Positions 19,198 to 28,311 of a stretch of 64,000 nucleotides of DNA are shown here, one piece after another. Source of the stretch: a virus; IMG/VR virus record IMGVR_UViG_3300023109_003600, positions 32,001 to 96,000 of that record. The stretch is one strand, 5' to 3'. The position numbers were made by a program, and so were the translations under genes. Position 1 is the first letter of the stretch; every line of letters starts with the position of its first letter. A model generated the notes under the pieces. That model was given only the letters and a program-made list of their open reading frames with translations. It made no database searches and had not been told where the DNA came from.

Positions 19198-21749
19198 GTT
19201 TCCTTGAAGAATTTGAAACGTATAAGGATTTTTCTCCTCCTGGAGTACGTTTACCAGAAATCATAATTGAAAAAGAGAGGTATAAATCTTTAGGCCTCAA
19301 AGAAGACTCAACCAATTTTCAATTTTTAACTTCGCTATGCTCAGCAGGCTTAAAGGATAAAGCTATAGATGCCAATAAGCTTAAATTATATAAATCAAGA
19401 GTAAAAGAAGAATTACTGATCCTTAAAGATTTAGGTTTTATTGATTACATTTTACTCAACTGGGATGTTCTTAATTTTTGTCATGAAAATAACATACCTA
19501 CTGGCCCAGGAAGAGGTTCTGCAGCAGGTAGTTTGGTTTTATATTTAATAAGGGTGACGCAAGTAGACCCAATAAAAAACGATTTGTTTTTTGAGAGATT
19601 TGTATCAAAAAGCAGAGCCAAGAAAACAGAACACAATGGAATCACCTATTTAGACGGAAGTTTACTAGCGGATGTAGATAATGATATCGCATACGAACAT
19701 AGACAAACAGTAATAAAATATATCGAAGATAAATATCCAGCAAGGACATGTAAAATTCTAACACTAAATACCTTAAGCTCTAAATTATGCATCAAGGAGT
19801 GCGGCAAACTAGTAGGTAATTTAACAGAGCAAGAGGTGAACGAAGTAAGCGATTTTATTCCGAAGAAATTTGGCAAAGTTCTTTCAATAGATGAATCAAT
19901 AATTGAAAGTGAAAAATTTAAAGATTGGTCAGAAAAAAATAATAATATTATTAACATAGCTAGAAAAATTCACGGTTTAAACAAAAATACTGGAGTACAT
20001 CCGAGCGGAATAGCAATATCTCATCAAAAACTTGAAGACATTTGCCCGCTACAAACTAATTCAGAAGGAGATGTGATAAGCGGTTATGATATGAATTGGG
20101 TTGCAGAATTAACAGTTAAGTTTGATATTCTTGGTCTAAGAACCTTAAGTGTAATATATAACACTTGTAAGTCTTTAGGGATTGATCCCCAAGATATAAA
20201 AATGGATGATAAAATCATTTATGATAGCCTGCAAGACCTAATTTCCCCACAAGGAATTTTTCAAATTGAAGCTGACACAGACTTTAGAGTATGCAAAAAA
20301 ATCAAACCAAGGAATCTTGAAGAGCTTAGCGCAGTAATTGCCATAGCAAGACCTGGAGCTCTTGATTTTTTAAGTAATTATACTGACTACAGGGAGACAG
20401 GTCAAAGTCAAAGTGTGCATCAAGTATTTGATGAAATCCTTCAAACAACAGCAGGAATACCATTATATCAAGAACAGCTTATGCAAATGGCCGTTAAGAT
20501 CGGTTTTACCTTAGACGAATCAGAGCAGTTGCGTAGAATTGTAGGAAAGAAAAAGACAGAATTAATGCCAGAATGGCAAGAAAAAATTAAAGACAAGATA
20601 AAAGAAAATAACTTGCCCGCAGAAGCAGGAGAAATCCTATGGAGGGTGGCGGAAGATAGCGCGAATTATTCGTTTAACAAGTCGCACAGTATTAGTTATG
20701 CAATTCTTTCTGCTTGGACAGTTTACTTAAAATTCAAACATCCCCAAGAATTTTTCTTATCTTTACTTAAAATGAGCAAATTTGAACCATCCCCTCAAGA
20801 AGAGATTAATAAAGTTAGTCAAGAGCTATCTAGATTTAAATTCTCCCTACTACCTCCTGATTTAGCTAGGTCTGATATAGACTTTTCTATAGAAGGAAAA
20901 GATATTAGATTTGGATTAAACAGCATAAAAGGGGTTAGTGAAAAATCCTTTAAATCCTTACAAAGCTTTCGAGATTCAGACACCCCTAATAAATATGATA
21001 TTTTTATTGCGGCAAAACAGGCTGGTTTAAATATAGGAGCGCTCTCATCTTTAATTCAAGCAGGAGCCCTATCTAGCTATAAAACAAATAGATCGCTACT
21101 GGTCTTAGAGGCTCAATCATTTAATTTATTAACAGAGAGGGAGAAGCGAAACTTTTATCAATTAGGGGAAAAATATAACTTTAGTTTGCTCAAGGCTATT
21201 TCAGACGCTAAAAAAGGAATACTTATGTCGGACGATGGCAAGAGGCTAATGACAGAAAAGCGATTCCAGACATTTAAGAAAAAGTTTGATTCTTATAAAA
21301 AAATCTACGACAAGAATAAATCTCACGAGCTCTTTGCGAACTGGTACTTTGAGAATAAACTATTAGGTTATTCCTACACATGTAAGCTAAACTCAATATT
21401 TAAGTCTAACAATCACACCATAAAAGACACTCAAGATTTTAGAGAGCTAGCTAAAGATCAGTCAGATGTCTTTGTTGGAACTGTTTTTGATATTATTAAA
21501 AGAAAATCCAGAAACGGAAATGAATATATTAAAGCTACAATTATAGACGAAGTAGGATCAATGGATATTATGATGGGTGACTTTGGCAACAGAAAAGCTT
21601 TATCAAAATACACAGAATCAGGAGGAATTATTCCTCAAAAAGGAAATATTATAACAACAACAGGTAGAAAAGGAGACGACATTTTATTCGCAAACAATAT
21701 AAATATACTAGATCACAAAATTTATATGAAACTCAGTGATATAGATTAG
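19194..21749 (+). CDS. dnaE: DNA polymerase III alpha catalytic part lacking the PHP domain
   Basis: GPGRGSAAGSLV, FFERF, DVDND, HPSG, KFDILGL, YQEQLM, YSFNKSHS, IRFGL. Confidence 0.95.
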   Translation: MSFLEEFETYKDFSPPGVRLPEIIIEKERYKSLGLKEDSTNFQFLTSLCSAGLKDKAIDANKLKLYKSRVKEELLILKDLGFIDYILLNWDVLNFCHENNIPTGPGRGSAAGSLVLYLIRVTQVDPIKNDLFFERFVSKSRAKKTEHNGITYLDGSLLADVDNDIAYEHRQTVIKYIEDKYPARTCKILTLNTLSSKLCIKECGKLVGNLTEQEVNEVSDFIPKKFGKVLSIDESIIESEKFKDWSEKNNNIINIARKIHGLNKNTGVHPSGIAISHQKLEDICPLQTNSEGDVISGYDMNWVAELTVKFDILGLRTLSVIYNTCKSLGIDPQDIKMDDKIIYDSLQDLISPQGIFQIEADTDFRVCKKIKPRNLEELSAVIAIARPGALDFLSNYTDYRETGQSQSVHQVFDEILQTTAGIPLYQEQLMQMAVKIGFTLDESEQLRRIVGKKKTELMPEWQEKIKDKIKENNLPAEAGEILWRVAEDSANYSFNKSHSISYAILSAWTVYLKFKHPQEFFLSLLKMSKFEPSPQEEINKVSQELSRFKFSLLPPDLARSDIDFSIEGKDIRFGLNSIKGVSEKSFKSLQSFRDSDTPNKYDIFIAAKQAGLNIGALSSLIQAGALSSYKTNRSLLVLEAQSFNLLTEREKRNFYQLGEKYNFSLLKAISDAKKGILMSDDGKRLMTEKRFQTFKKKFDSYKKIYDKNKSHELFANWYFENKLLGYSYTCKLNSIFKSNNHTIKDTQDFRELAKDQSDVFVGTVFDIIKRKSRNGNEYIKATIIDEVGSMDIMMGDFGNRKALSKYTESGGIIPQKGNIITTTGRKGDDILFANNINILDHKIYMKLSDID

Positions 21750-21766
21750 TGTATCTCATTATGAAT

Positions 21767-24202
21767 ATGGAACTTAAACCCAACTTTACACCCCGAGCGC
21801 AAGAAGTTATTGCAGCTTCAAGAAAGCTAGCTTTAAACTATAATAAAAGAGTAGTTAACGAAGAACATTTATTTCTTGCTTTAGCGAAAGTAGATACTCA
21901 ATCGCTAGAAACTCTCTTTTCGGCATTTGATCTAGAAAGAAAAAATCTTATACTTTTTATATCCAAAAAGCTTAAAAAAAATACATCAGCGCCAACAAAA
22001 AAAAATTACTTCTCAGGAGAATTTAAATCAATCCTAGGGGGAGCGGTATTAGAAGCCGAAAAACACGAGCATGACTACATAGGAGTACAACATATACTAC
22101 TTTCAGTGTTCAAAAAACAAGACAATACAATTTGTCTTTTTTTTATAGAAAACGGAATCAGTGTCGAGTCATGCATATTAACAATTAGATCTCAATTTTT
22201 AATTAGTTCTTCTTCTGAAACTTTAGAGTCTAGCAGGCTATCCTCAGAATCAAATTATATCCCTAAAATAGAAGAAGAATATAAAGAAGGTCTAAAGTCT
22301 AATTTCTTTCATTGCATGAACACAAAAGCAATGCAAGGAAAATATGACGAAGTTATTGGTAGAGATCAAGAAATTAAAGATATTTCGGAAGTATTATGCA
22401 GGAGAAGTAAAAATAATCCTATACTCCTAGGGGATGCAGGAGTTGGAAAAACTGCAGTTGTAGAAGGTTTATCTCAAAAAATAGTAGAAGGTTCTGTAAC
22501 AGAATTTCTGTACAAAAAAAGAATTTATTCGCTAGATATGGCAAGCATGATTGCTGGCACAAAATATAGAGGGCAATTTGAAGAAAGGCTCAAAAATACT
22601 ATGGAAGAAATCCAGAAAGATAAAGACGCGATTATTTTTATAGACGAAATTCACTCAATTGTAGGCGCGGGAAGCGCTGAGGGAACTATGGACGCAGCAA
22701 ATATACTAAAACCAATGCTAGCAAGGGGCGATATCATGTGCATAGGAGCGACCACGCAAGAAGAATACAGAAAAACTATATTAAAAGATGGAGCATTAGA
22801 TAGAAGATTTCAACCGATCCATATTAAAGAGCCAACGCCTTCGGAATGTAAAGAAATATTAAACGGTCTCAAAGAAAAATATGAATCATTTCATCAAGTT
22901 AAGTATGAGGAAAATGTTGTAGAAAATTCCATCAAACTGTCCTCAAGGTTTATCTTAGATAGACAGCTTCCAGATAAAGCCATAGACTTACTAGATCAAG
23001 CTGGATCCAAAGCTAAAATTTCAGCATTTAAGCGTCCTGAAGAAGCGTTACAAATAGAAGAAGAGTTAAACGGTCTATACGAAATAGAGTCTACTTCTAG
23101 CGAACCTAATGTAATTATGAAGAAAAGAGATGCCTTAATGAAAAAATATCAAAATATAATTGAAGGTTGGGCAGAACAATCCACTTTAAAGAAAATTTTT
23201 GTAACAAATAAAGAATTATTTCAAGTAGTATCCCAAAAAACTGGGGTACCTATCGAAGATATCTCGAGCTCTGATACAGACAAATTTCTAAATTTAGAAA
23301 ACTCCTTAAAAAATGTCATCATCGGCCAAGACCCAGCAATTGAATCTATTTCAGAAACACTTATAAGGAACAAAGCAGGCTTAAGGGATGAACAAAAGCC
23401 TATAGGTAGTTTTTTATTTTTGGGTAGTAGCGGTGTAGGTAAAACTTACCTAGCAAAACAGGTGGCGAGTTTAGCGTTCGGAGACTCTAGTGATTTAATA
23501 CATATAGATATGTCAGAGTTTTCAGAGCAAGCTTCAACGGCTAAATTTGTAGGGGCATCGCCAGGATATATAGGTTTTGAGTCATCTGGAGCAATTACAG
23601 AAAGAGTAAGAAAGAAACCTTATTCAGTTTTATTGTTTGATGAGGTAGAAAAAGCTCACGAAGACGTGACGAACTTGCTACTACAGATACTAGAAGAAGG
23701 TAGGCTAACAGATAGTTCAGGAAGAACAATTTCCTTTAGAAATGTAATCGTAATCATAACAGGAAATATTGGGTCAAATTTCATGCAAAAGAATAATTCA
23801 GTAGGATTTATGCCTTCAAATTCGGAAGAAGACATTAATCAAAAGGTTATCGCAGAAGCAAGAAAAAAACTAAAACCAGAGCTCATCAATAGGATAGAGT
23901 CTATAATAAACTTCAAGAATTTCGAAGAAGCTCATTTGAAAAAAATCTCTGGACTGGAATTAGAAAAAAGCATGTCAAGAATAGAGGGCTCTATGGATAA
24001 AATTAATATAAAACCTTCGGTTTTTTCTTACATTGCTCAAAAAGCGCTAGAGCTCAATGATGGAGCGAGGCCAATCAAAAATATAATTAAAAAAGAAGTA
24101 GAGAACCCTTTGGCAAAATTAATTCTTCAAAACAAATCCTACGAGTCTAAAACACTAAGTATATCCGTAGTAAAAAATTGCATAAAAGTTTTATTGACTT
24201 AG
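21767..24202 (+). CDS. clpC: ClpC-type AAA+ unfoldase
   Basis: Clp-N repeats (NFTPRAQ), two Walker A motifs (GDAGVGKT, GSSGVGKT), LPDKAIDL, FDEVEKAH, SVGF ClpP-docking loop. Confidence 0.9.
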   Translation: MELKPNFTPRAQEVIAASRKLALNYNKRVVNEEHLFLALAKVDTQSLETLFSAFDLERKNLILFISKKLKKNTSAPTKKNYFSGEFKSILGGAVLEAEKHEHDYIGVQHILLSVFKKQDNTICLFFIENGISVESCILTIRSQFLISSSSETLESSRLSSESNYIPKIEEEYKEGLKSNFFHCMNTKAMQGKYDEVIGRDQEIKDISEVLCRRSKNNPILLGDAGVGKTAVVEGLSQKIVEGSVTEFLYKKRIYSLDMASMIAGTKYRGQFEERLKNTMEEIQKDKDAIIFIDEIHSIVGAGSAEGTMDAANILKPMLARGDIMCIGATTQEEYRKTILKDGALDRRFQPIHIKEPTPSECKEILNGLKEKYESFHQVKYEENVVENSIKLSSRFILDRQLPDKAIDLLDQAGSKAKISAFKRPEEALQIEEELNGLYEIESTSSEPNVIMKKRDALMKKYQNIIEGWAEQSTLKKIFVTNKELFQVVSQKTGVPIEDISSSDTDKFLNLENSLKNVIIGQDPAIESISETLIRNKAGLRDEQKPIGSFLFLGSSGVGKTYLAKQVASLAFGDSSDLIHIDMSEFSEQASTAKFVGASPGYIGFESSGAITERVRKKPYSVLLFDEVEKAHEDVTNLLLQILEEGRLTDSSGRTISFRNVIVIITGNIGSNFMQKNNSVGFMPSNSEEDINQKVIAEARKKLKPELINRIESIINFKNFEEAHLKKISGLELEKSMSRIEGSMDKINIKPSVFSYIAQKALELNDGARPIKNIIKKEVENPLAKLILQNKSYESKTLSISVVKNCIKVLLT

Positions 24203-24222
24203 CGCGTATATAGGTGTACTAT
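24194..24222 (+). promoter_or_regulatory. sigma70 promoter of tmRNA
   Basis: TTGACT-17-TACTAT. Confidence 0.75.
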
Positions 24223-24246
24223 ACTTATAGTTCTTTAACAGTTTAT

Positions 24247-24680
24247 GGGGGTGTTCTGGATTCGACTGAAGTTGAATTCTAACACCGCAAGAGGGAGATT
24301 GCACTACGGCTCCCCCATCAATGTGCAAAAGCTTTACATGGCTCTAAAAAACATGTTAGAGCTCTCGGCTTCAAAAATCGTATCGCTGCAAAGCGCTTCG
24401 GTTATAAGAGCCGTAAGCTCGCCCTAGCAGCATAGGCTGCTAGCCTCTTACTTCTTGACGCAGATACAGAGGTAAAGAGGTCATCAATCTGCAAAACAGA
24501 AAAAGTTTATCTGTATCAAAAACTGTACCGCTGAGTATTCGGAGGCCCTAGTTCTAGGTGAATAATTGAAACAGAGGGTTGGATGTTAATATCAAAACCA
24601 TAAAAAAAATTAACTATACTTGTAGACGTGTTAGCTTGAAGGCTATCAGGACGCGGGTTCAACTCCCGCCACCTCCACCA
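24247..24680 (+). ncRNA. ssrA: tmRNA (SsrA), 434 nt
   Basis: GGGGGTG/CACCTCC-ACCA acceptor stem with G3.U70, GGATTCGAC, T-arm GCGGGTTCAACTCCCGC, pseudoknot 1 (GGGAG/CTCCC and TTGCAC/GTGCAA), tag frame ending LALAA-TAG in hairpin CTAGCAGC-ATAG-GCTGCTAG. Confidence 0.97.
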
Positions 24681-24721
24681 TTTTTTAATCATAAAACCAC
24701 AAACAAGTGGTATTATATAAT

Positions 24722-27004
24722 ATGAAAATATTATTTACCATAATTTTTATTGCTGCATCAAGCCTTGCAGGCGCAACCGTACCGACCCTCTTCTTCCAAG
24801 ACGGCAGATCCTTGGAAGCTAATATCATTGAAGCAAATTTCACACACGCCTTGATTGAAAGACGAAGAGATTTGCAGCGCTTTAGAATTGCGATCAACTC
24901 TTTAACAGAAGATAATCAAGCGTTTATAAAAAATAATTTTACACCCAGTCACCAAGCTTTACCCAAATTTAAAAAACCCTTAAACGAAAAAGATCTGCTT
25001 AGTCACTCTAGATATATAGATACTTTAATCGAAAGAAAACTTAGATCATATAATCTACAGCCAAACAAAGAAGCGGAAGACGAAGTTTTTCTGCGAAGAA
25101 CCTATCTTAAGATTATAGGCAGAACACCCTCCCTTTTAGAAGTTAAAGGGTTTGAAGAAAATAGAAGCAAAAACAAAAGGCGAGAGCTTATAGATTCTCT
25201 TTTAGGTAGCGAGGGTTATGTTAGCCATTGGTTTAATTTTTGGGCAGATATTTTAAGAATAAAAGATAGATTAAACAATAGAGTATCAGGCATACCTTAT
25301 AAAAATTATGTCAAGAAGTTTGTATCCAACAATCAACCTTATGACGAATGGGTAAGGGAATTGCTTTCTTCTTCTGGGCCTCTATGGAAAGAAGGTAGCG
25401 AAGGAGTAAGTTATTTTGCAAGAGATGTCAATATGCCTCTTGATAACATGTCAAACACTGTTAGAATTTTCTTAGGAACAAGTCTGGAATGCGCGCAATG
25501 CCATGATCATCCTTTTGACAGATGGACGCAAAAACAGTTTTATGAAATGGCTGCATTTACAAGCGGGTCAACAAATCTTAGGAGAAAAAACGTACCAAAC
25601 TTGGGCAAATTCAATCAATTAGTCCGTGAAGAACAGAAAAGGTTAGAGCAAGAAGGAGATCCAAATAAATCTAGAAGATTAAGGGATGCATCACGATCAG
25701 TGCAAGACATCCTACAAACAGGATTAGATAGTTTAGGTTCGGGAAAAATTAATTTACCGAAAGATTATCAATATGATAATGCGAAACCAAATGAGCAACT
25801 ATCAGGCAAAACTATTTTTGGATTAGATGTAGAGATTAAAACTAAAGCTCCAGAATCAGGCACTAGAGAAATCTACGCCAACTGGTTAGCTTCAGAATCT
25901 AACCCTAGATTTACAGCGGTAATAGTTAATAGACTATGGAAGGAAGTTTTTGGGTTGGCATTAATTGAGCCGCTAGATAATATGTTTGATGACACGATAC
26001 CTACAGATATAAAACTACAGCTACACCTCGAAAAAGTTATGATTGCCTTAAATTATGATTTAAAAGAATTTTTAAGAATATTATATAATACAAAAACTTT
26101 TCAGAGAGCTTCTGTTATTAGAGATGTTATACCGCGAGATGAAAAAGATACAGTCATGCCTATAGAAGTAAAGTGGATTATAGCGGGGCCAAATACTGAA
26201 AAGCAATCTCAAAATGCTGTACCATTCTTCTACCAAGGGCCTTTAGTTGAAAGGATGAGTGGCGAACAAATTTGGGACTCTTTAGTTAATTTAACTTTTA
26301 ATAATATAGATTCAAGAAAATTACAGCAGAACACAAAAGGATATGAAGACTTCGATAGATTCTCAAGCATGACTGGAGAAGAGCTTTTTGAAAATATTAT
26401 GAATAAACTCAACAACAAAGAAAATGCAGGGTCAAAAATAGCGACAAAATTTACAGAACCTATTAATACAGAATGCCCTATAAAACCAGGCAGGGAAATC
26501 GACCCAACCTTATTAGCCTTAAATGAAGATGGTCAGACAGTAGCGTTTTGTTGTGAATCTTGCCTAGACAAATTCAAATCTCAAAAGAAACAAAAAAAAG
26601 ATGACTACAAACAAAACTACACTAAGGACAGGAATTCAGTCAGGGCGTCCGAACTAAGCTCTCCAGCACCCATAGGGCACCTCATAAGGGAGTTTGGCGG
26701 CTCAGACAGAGAACAGATAGAAAACTCGCACAAACAAGCTTCAGCAACCCAAGTACTTAATTTATTAAATGGTTTTGTAGAAACAAGGTTATTAAAAAAC
26801 AAAAATTCAGAGATAGTAAAGCAAATCAAATCACAAAAAAATTTAGAAGACAAAATTAAAGTTGCGTTCAAATCAATCCTAAATAGAGAAGCTTCAATAT
26901 CAGAATTAAAATTATTTAAATCGTCACTTAAACAGGGTAAAGAGGTATATAAAGAGATAGTATGGACGCTGGTAAACAGTCACGAATTTATATTTATTAA
27001 ATAA
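24722..27004 (+). CDS. Secreted DUF1549 + DUF1553 (PSD1) protein with N-terminal SHD1-like domain and Cys-rich YHS-like insert
   Basis: Signal peptide; FLRRTYLKIIGRTP, WADILR, FLGTSLECAQCHDHPFD, VNRLWKEVFG, WTLVNSHEF; CPI..VAFCCESC. Confidence 0.9.
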   Translation: MKILFTIIFIAASSLAGATVPTLFFQDGRSLEANIIEANFTHALIERRRDLQRFRIAINSLTEDNQAFIKNNFTPSHQALPKFKKPLNEKDLLSHSRYIDTLIERKLRSYNLQPNKEAEDEVFLRRTYLKIIGRTPSLLEVKGFEENRSKNKRRELIDSLLGSEGYVSHWFNFWADILRIKDRLNNRVSGIPYKNYVKKFVSNNQPYDEWVRELLSSSGPLWKEGSEGVSYFARDVNMPLDNMSNTVRIFLGTSLECAQCHDHPFDRWTQKQFYEMAAFTSGSTNLRRKNVPNLGKFNQLVREEQKRLEQEGDPNKSRRLRDASRSVQDILQTGLDSLGSGKINLPKDYQYDNAKPNEQLSGKTIFGLDVEIKTKAPESGTREIYANWLASESNPRFTAVIVNRLWKEVFGLALIEPLDNMFDDTIPTDIKLQLHLEKVMIALNYDLKEFLRILYNTKTFQRASVIRDVIPRDEKDTVMPIEVKWIIAGPNTEKQSQNAVPFFYQGPLVERMSGEQIWDSLVNLTFNNIDSRKLQQNTKGYEDFDRFSSMTGEELFENIMNKLNNKENAGSKIATKFTEPINTECPIKPGREIDPTLLALNEDGQTVAFCCESCLDKFKSQKKQKKDDYKQNYTKDRNSVRASELSSPAPIGHLIREFGGSDREQIENSHKQASATQVLNLLNGFVETRLLKNKNSEIVKQIKSQKNLEDKIKVAFKSILNREASISELKLFKSSLKQGKEVYKEIVWTLVNSHEFIFIK

Positions 27005-27016
27005 AAAAAAAGAAAA

Positions 27017-28300
27017 ATGAACATAAACGAATTAGGAAGAAGAGAATTTATAGCTCAAGCAGCAAAAAGTTGCTTGGGAGTAGGCTTGATGCCAATGGCA
27101 GGAGCTTATATACATAATAGCGTCGAGGCACTACAGCCAGGAGTTAGACCAGCAACAGCCCGTCATGTTATATATTTAAATATGGCAGGAGCAATGTCAC
27201 ACCTAGACACCTTTGGTCCAAAACCAGAAGTCCCAGATATTCAAGGTCCGACAAAATCAATCGCAACTACAGCAGATGGAATTCTATTATCGGAAAACTT
27301 ACCGAATACTGCGCAGTTTATGCATAAAGCTTCCGTCATTAAAACTATGGTATCTAGCCAGGGAGCGCACGAACAAGCTAGCTATCTCATGCACACTAGC
27401 TATCTCAAGAGAGGTACAATTGTTCATCCTACTTTTGGAAGTTGGGTTTCAAAGCTGGCAGGCTCAATCAATACTACCGTACCTGCAAATATTAAAATTG
27501 GAGGTGGAGGAGGAGGAGCTGGTTTTCTTGAATCAAAATATGGTGCTCTGCCAATAAATAATCCTCGCTCTGGTTTGGCTAATAGTAAAATGGCTTCTTA
27601 TTTAGATTTAGAAACCTTTCAAGGCAGAATTTCTTTGGCAGAGAAATTAAATCAAAACTTTTCTACAGATTTTCAATTAAAACAAGTAAGAGCTTATTCT
27701 GATTTATACAGGGATGCAGTTAAGCTAATGAATAGCGATGACTTAAATGCTTTTGATATAACTAAAGAGTCGCAGCAAACAAGCGAACTTTATGGTGCTA
27801 CTAATTTTGGGCAAGGTTGCCTTTTAGCAAGAAGGTTAGTTGAAAATGGCGTTCGTTACGTTGAAGTTACAAGAGGTGGATGGGATACGCATGATAATAA
27901 CTTTGAAAGAGTTGCGGCAAATTGCGCGGATATTGATCAAGCTTTAAGCGGTTTGCTTTACGATTTAGATAGACGAGGACTTTTAAGCGAAACGCTTGTA
28001 GTGTTGACTTCTGAATTTGGAAGGACTCCAAACATCAACGGTAGAGACGGAAGAGATCATTGGCCATATTGCTTTACGGCTTTTATGGCGGGAGGAGGAA
28101 TCAAAGAAGGCTTCTCTTACGGAGAAAGTGACAAGGCAGGTCGAAGCCCAGTGGAAGGAAAAGGCATTAAGCCAGAAGACTTAAATGCTACTATAGCATA
28201 CGCCTTAGGGTTGTCAATAAATAGTCAGCAGTACTCCCCCTCAGGAAGACCTTTTACGATAGCGAATAAGGGAGAACCTTTACTTGACGTTATTTCTTAA
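27017..28300 (+). CDS. DUF1501 family protein (Tat-exported)
   Basis: RREFI twin-arginine signal, GAMSHLDTF, GQGCLLARRLVE.GVRYV, GWDTH, SEFGRTP, GRDHW, AGGG. Confidence 0.93.
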   Translation: MNINELGRREFIAQAAKSCLGVGLMPMAGAYIHNSVEALQPGVRPATARHVIYLNMAGAMSHLDTFGPKPEVPDIQGPTKSIATTADGILLSENLPNTAQFMHKASVIKTMVSSQGAHEQASYLMHTSYLKRGTIVHPTFGSWVSKLAGSINTTVPANIKIGGGGGGAGFLESKYGALPINNPRSGLANSKMASYLDLETFQGRISLAEKLNQNFSTDFQLKQVRAYSDLYRDAVKLMNSDDLNAFDITKESQQTSELYGATNFGQGCLLARRLVENGVRYVEVTRGGWDTHDNNFERVAANCADIDQALSGLLYDLDRRGLLSETLVVLTSEFGRTPNINGRDGRDHWPYCFTAFMAGGGIKEGFSYGESDKAGRSPVEGKGIKPEDLNATIAYALGLSINSQQYSPSGRPFTIANKGEPLLDVIS

Positions 28301-28311
28301 CTTATAATTAT

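Noticed and set aside
4188-21749. Introns or inteins in nrdA, nrdB or dnaE
   Set aside because: The ORFs are continuous, of normal length, and lack splicing or homing-endonuclease motifs.
24245-24427. 60-aa ORF MGVFWIRL...
   Set aside because: Lies inside the tmRNA in a different frame from the tag; spurious.
24640-24680. tRNA-like T-arm and CCA end
   Set aside because: This is the 3' end of the tmRNA. No stand-alone tRNA was seen in the window.
24247-28300. Prophage or island integrated at ssrA
   Set aside because: No integrase and no duplicated ssrA 3' end were seen, and both flanks are phage-like.
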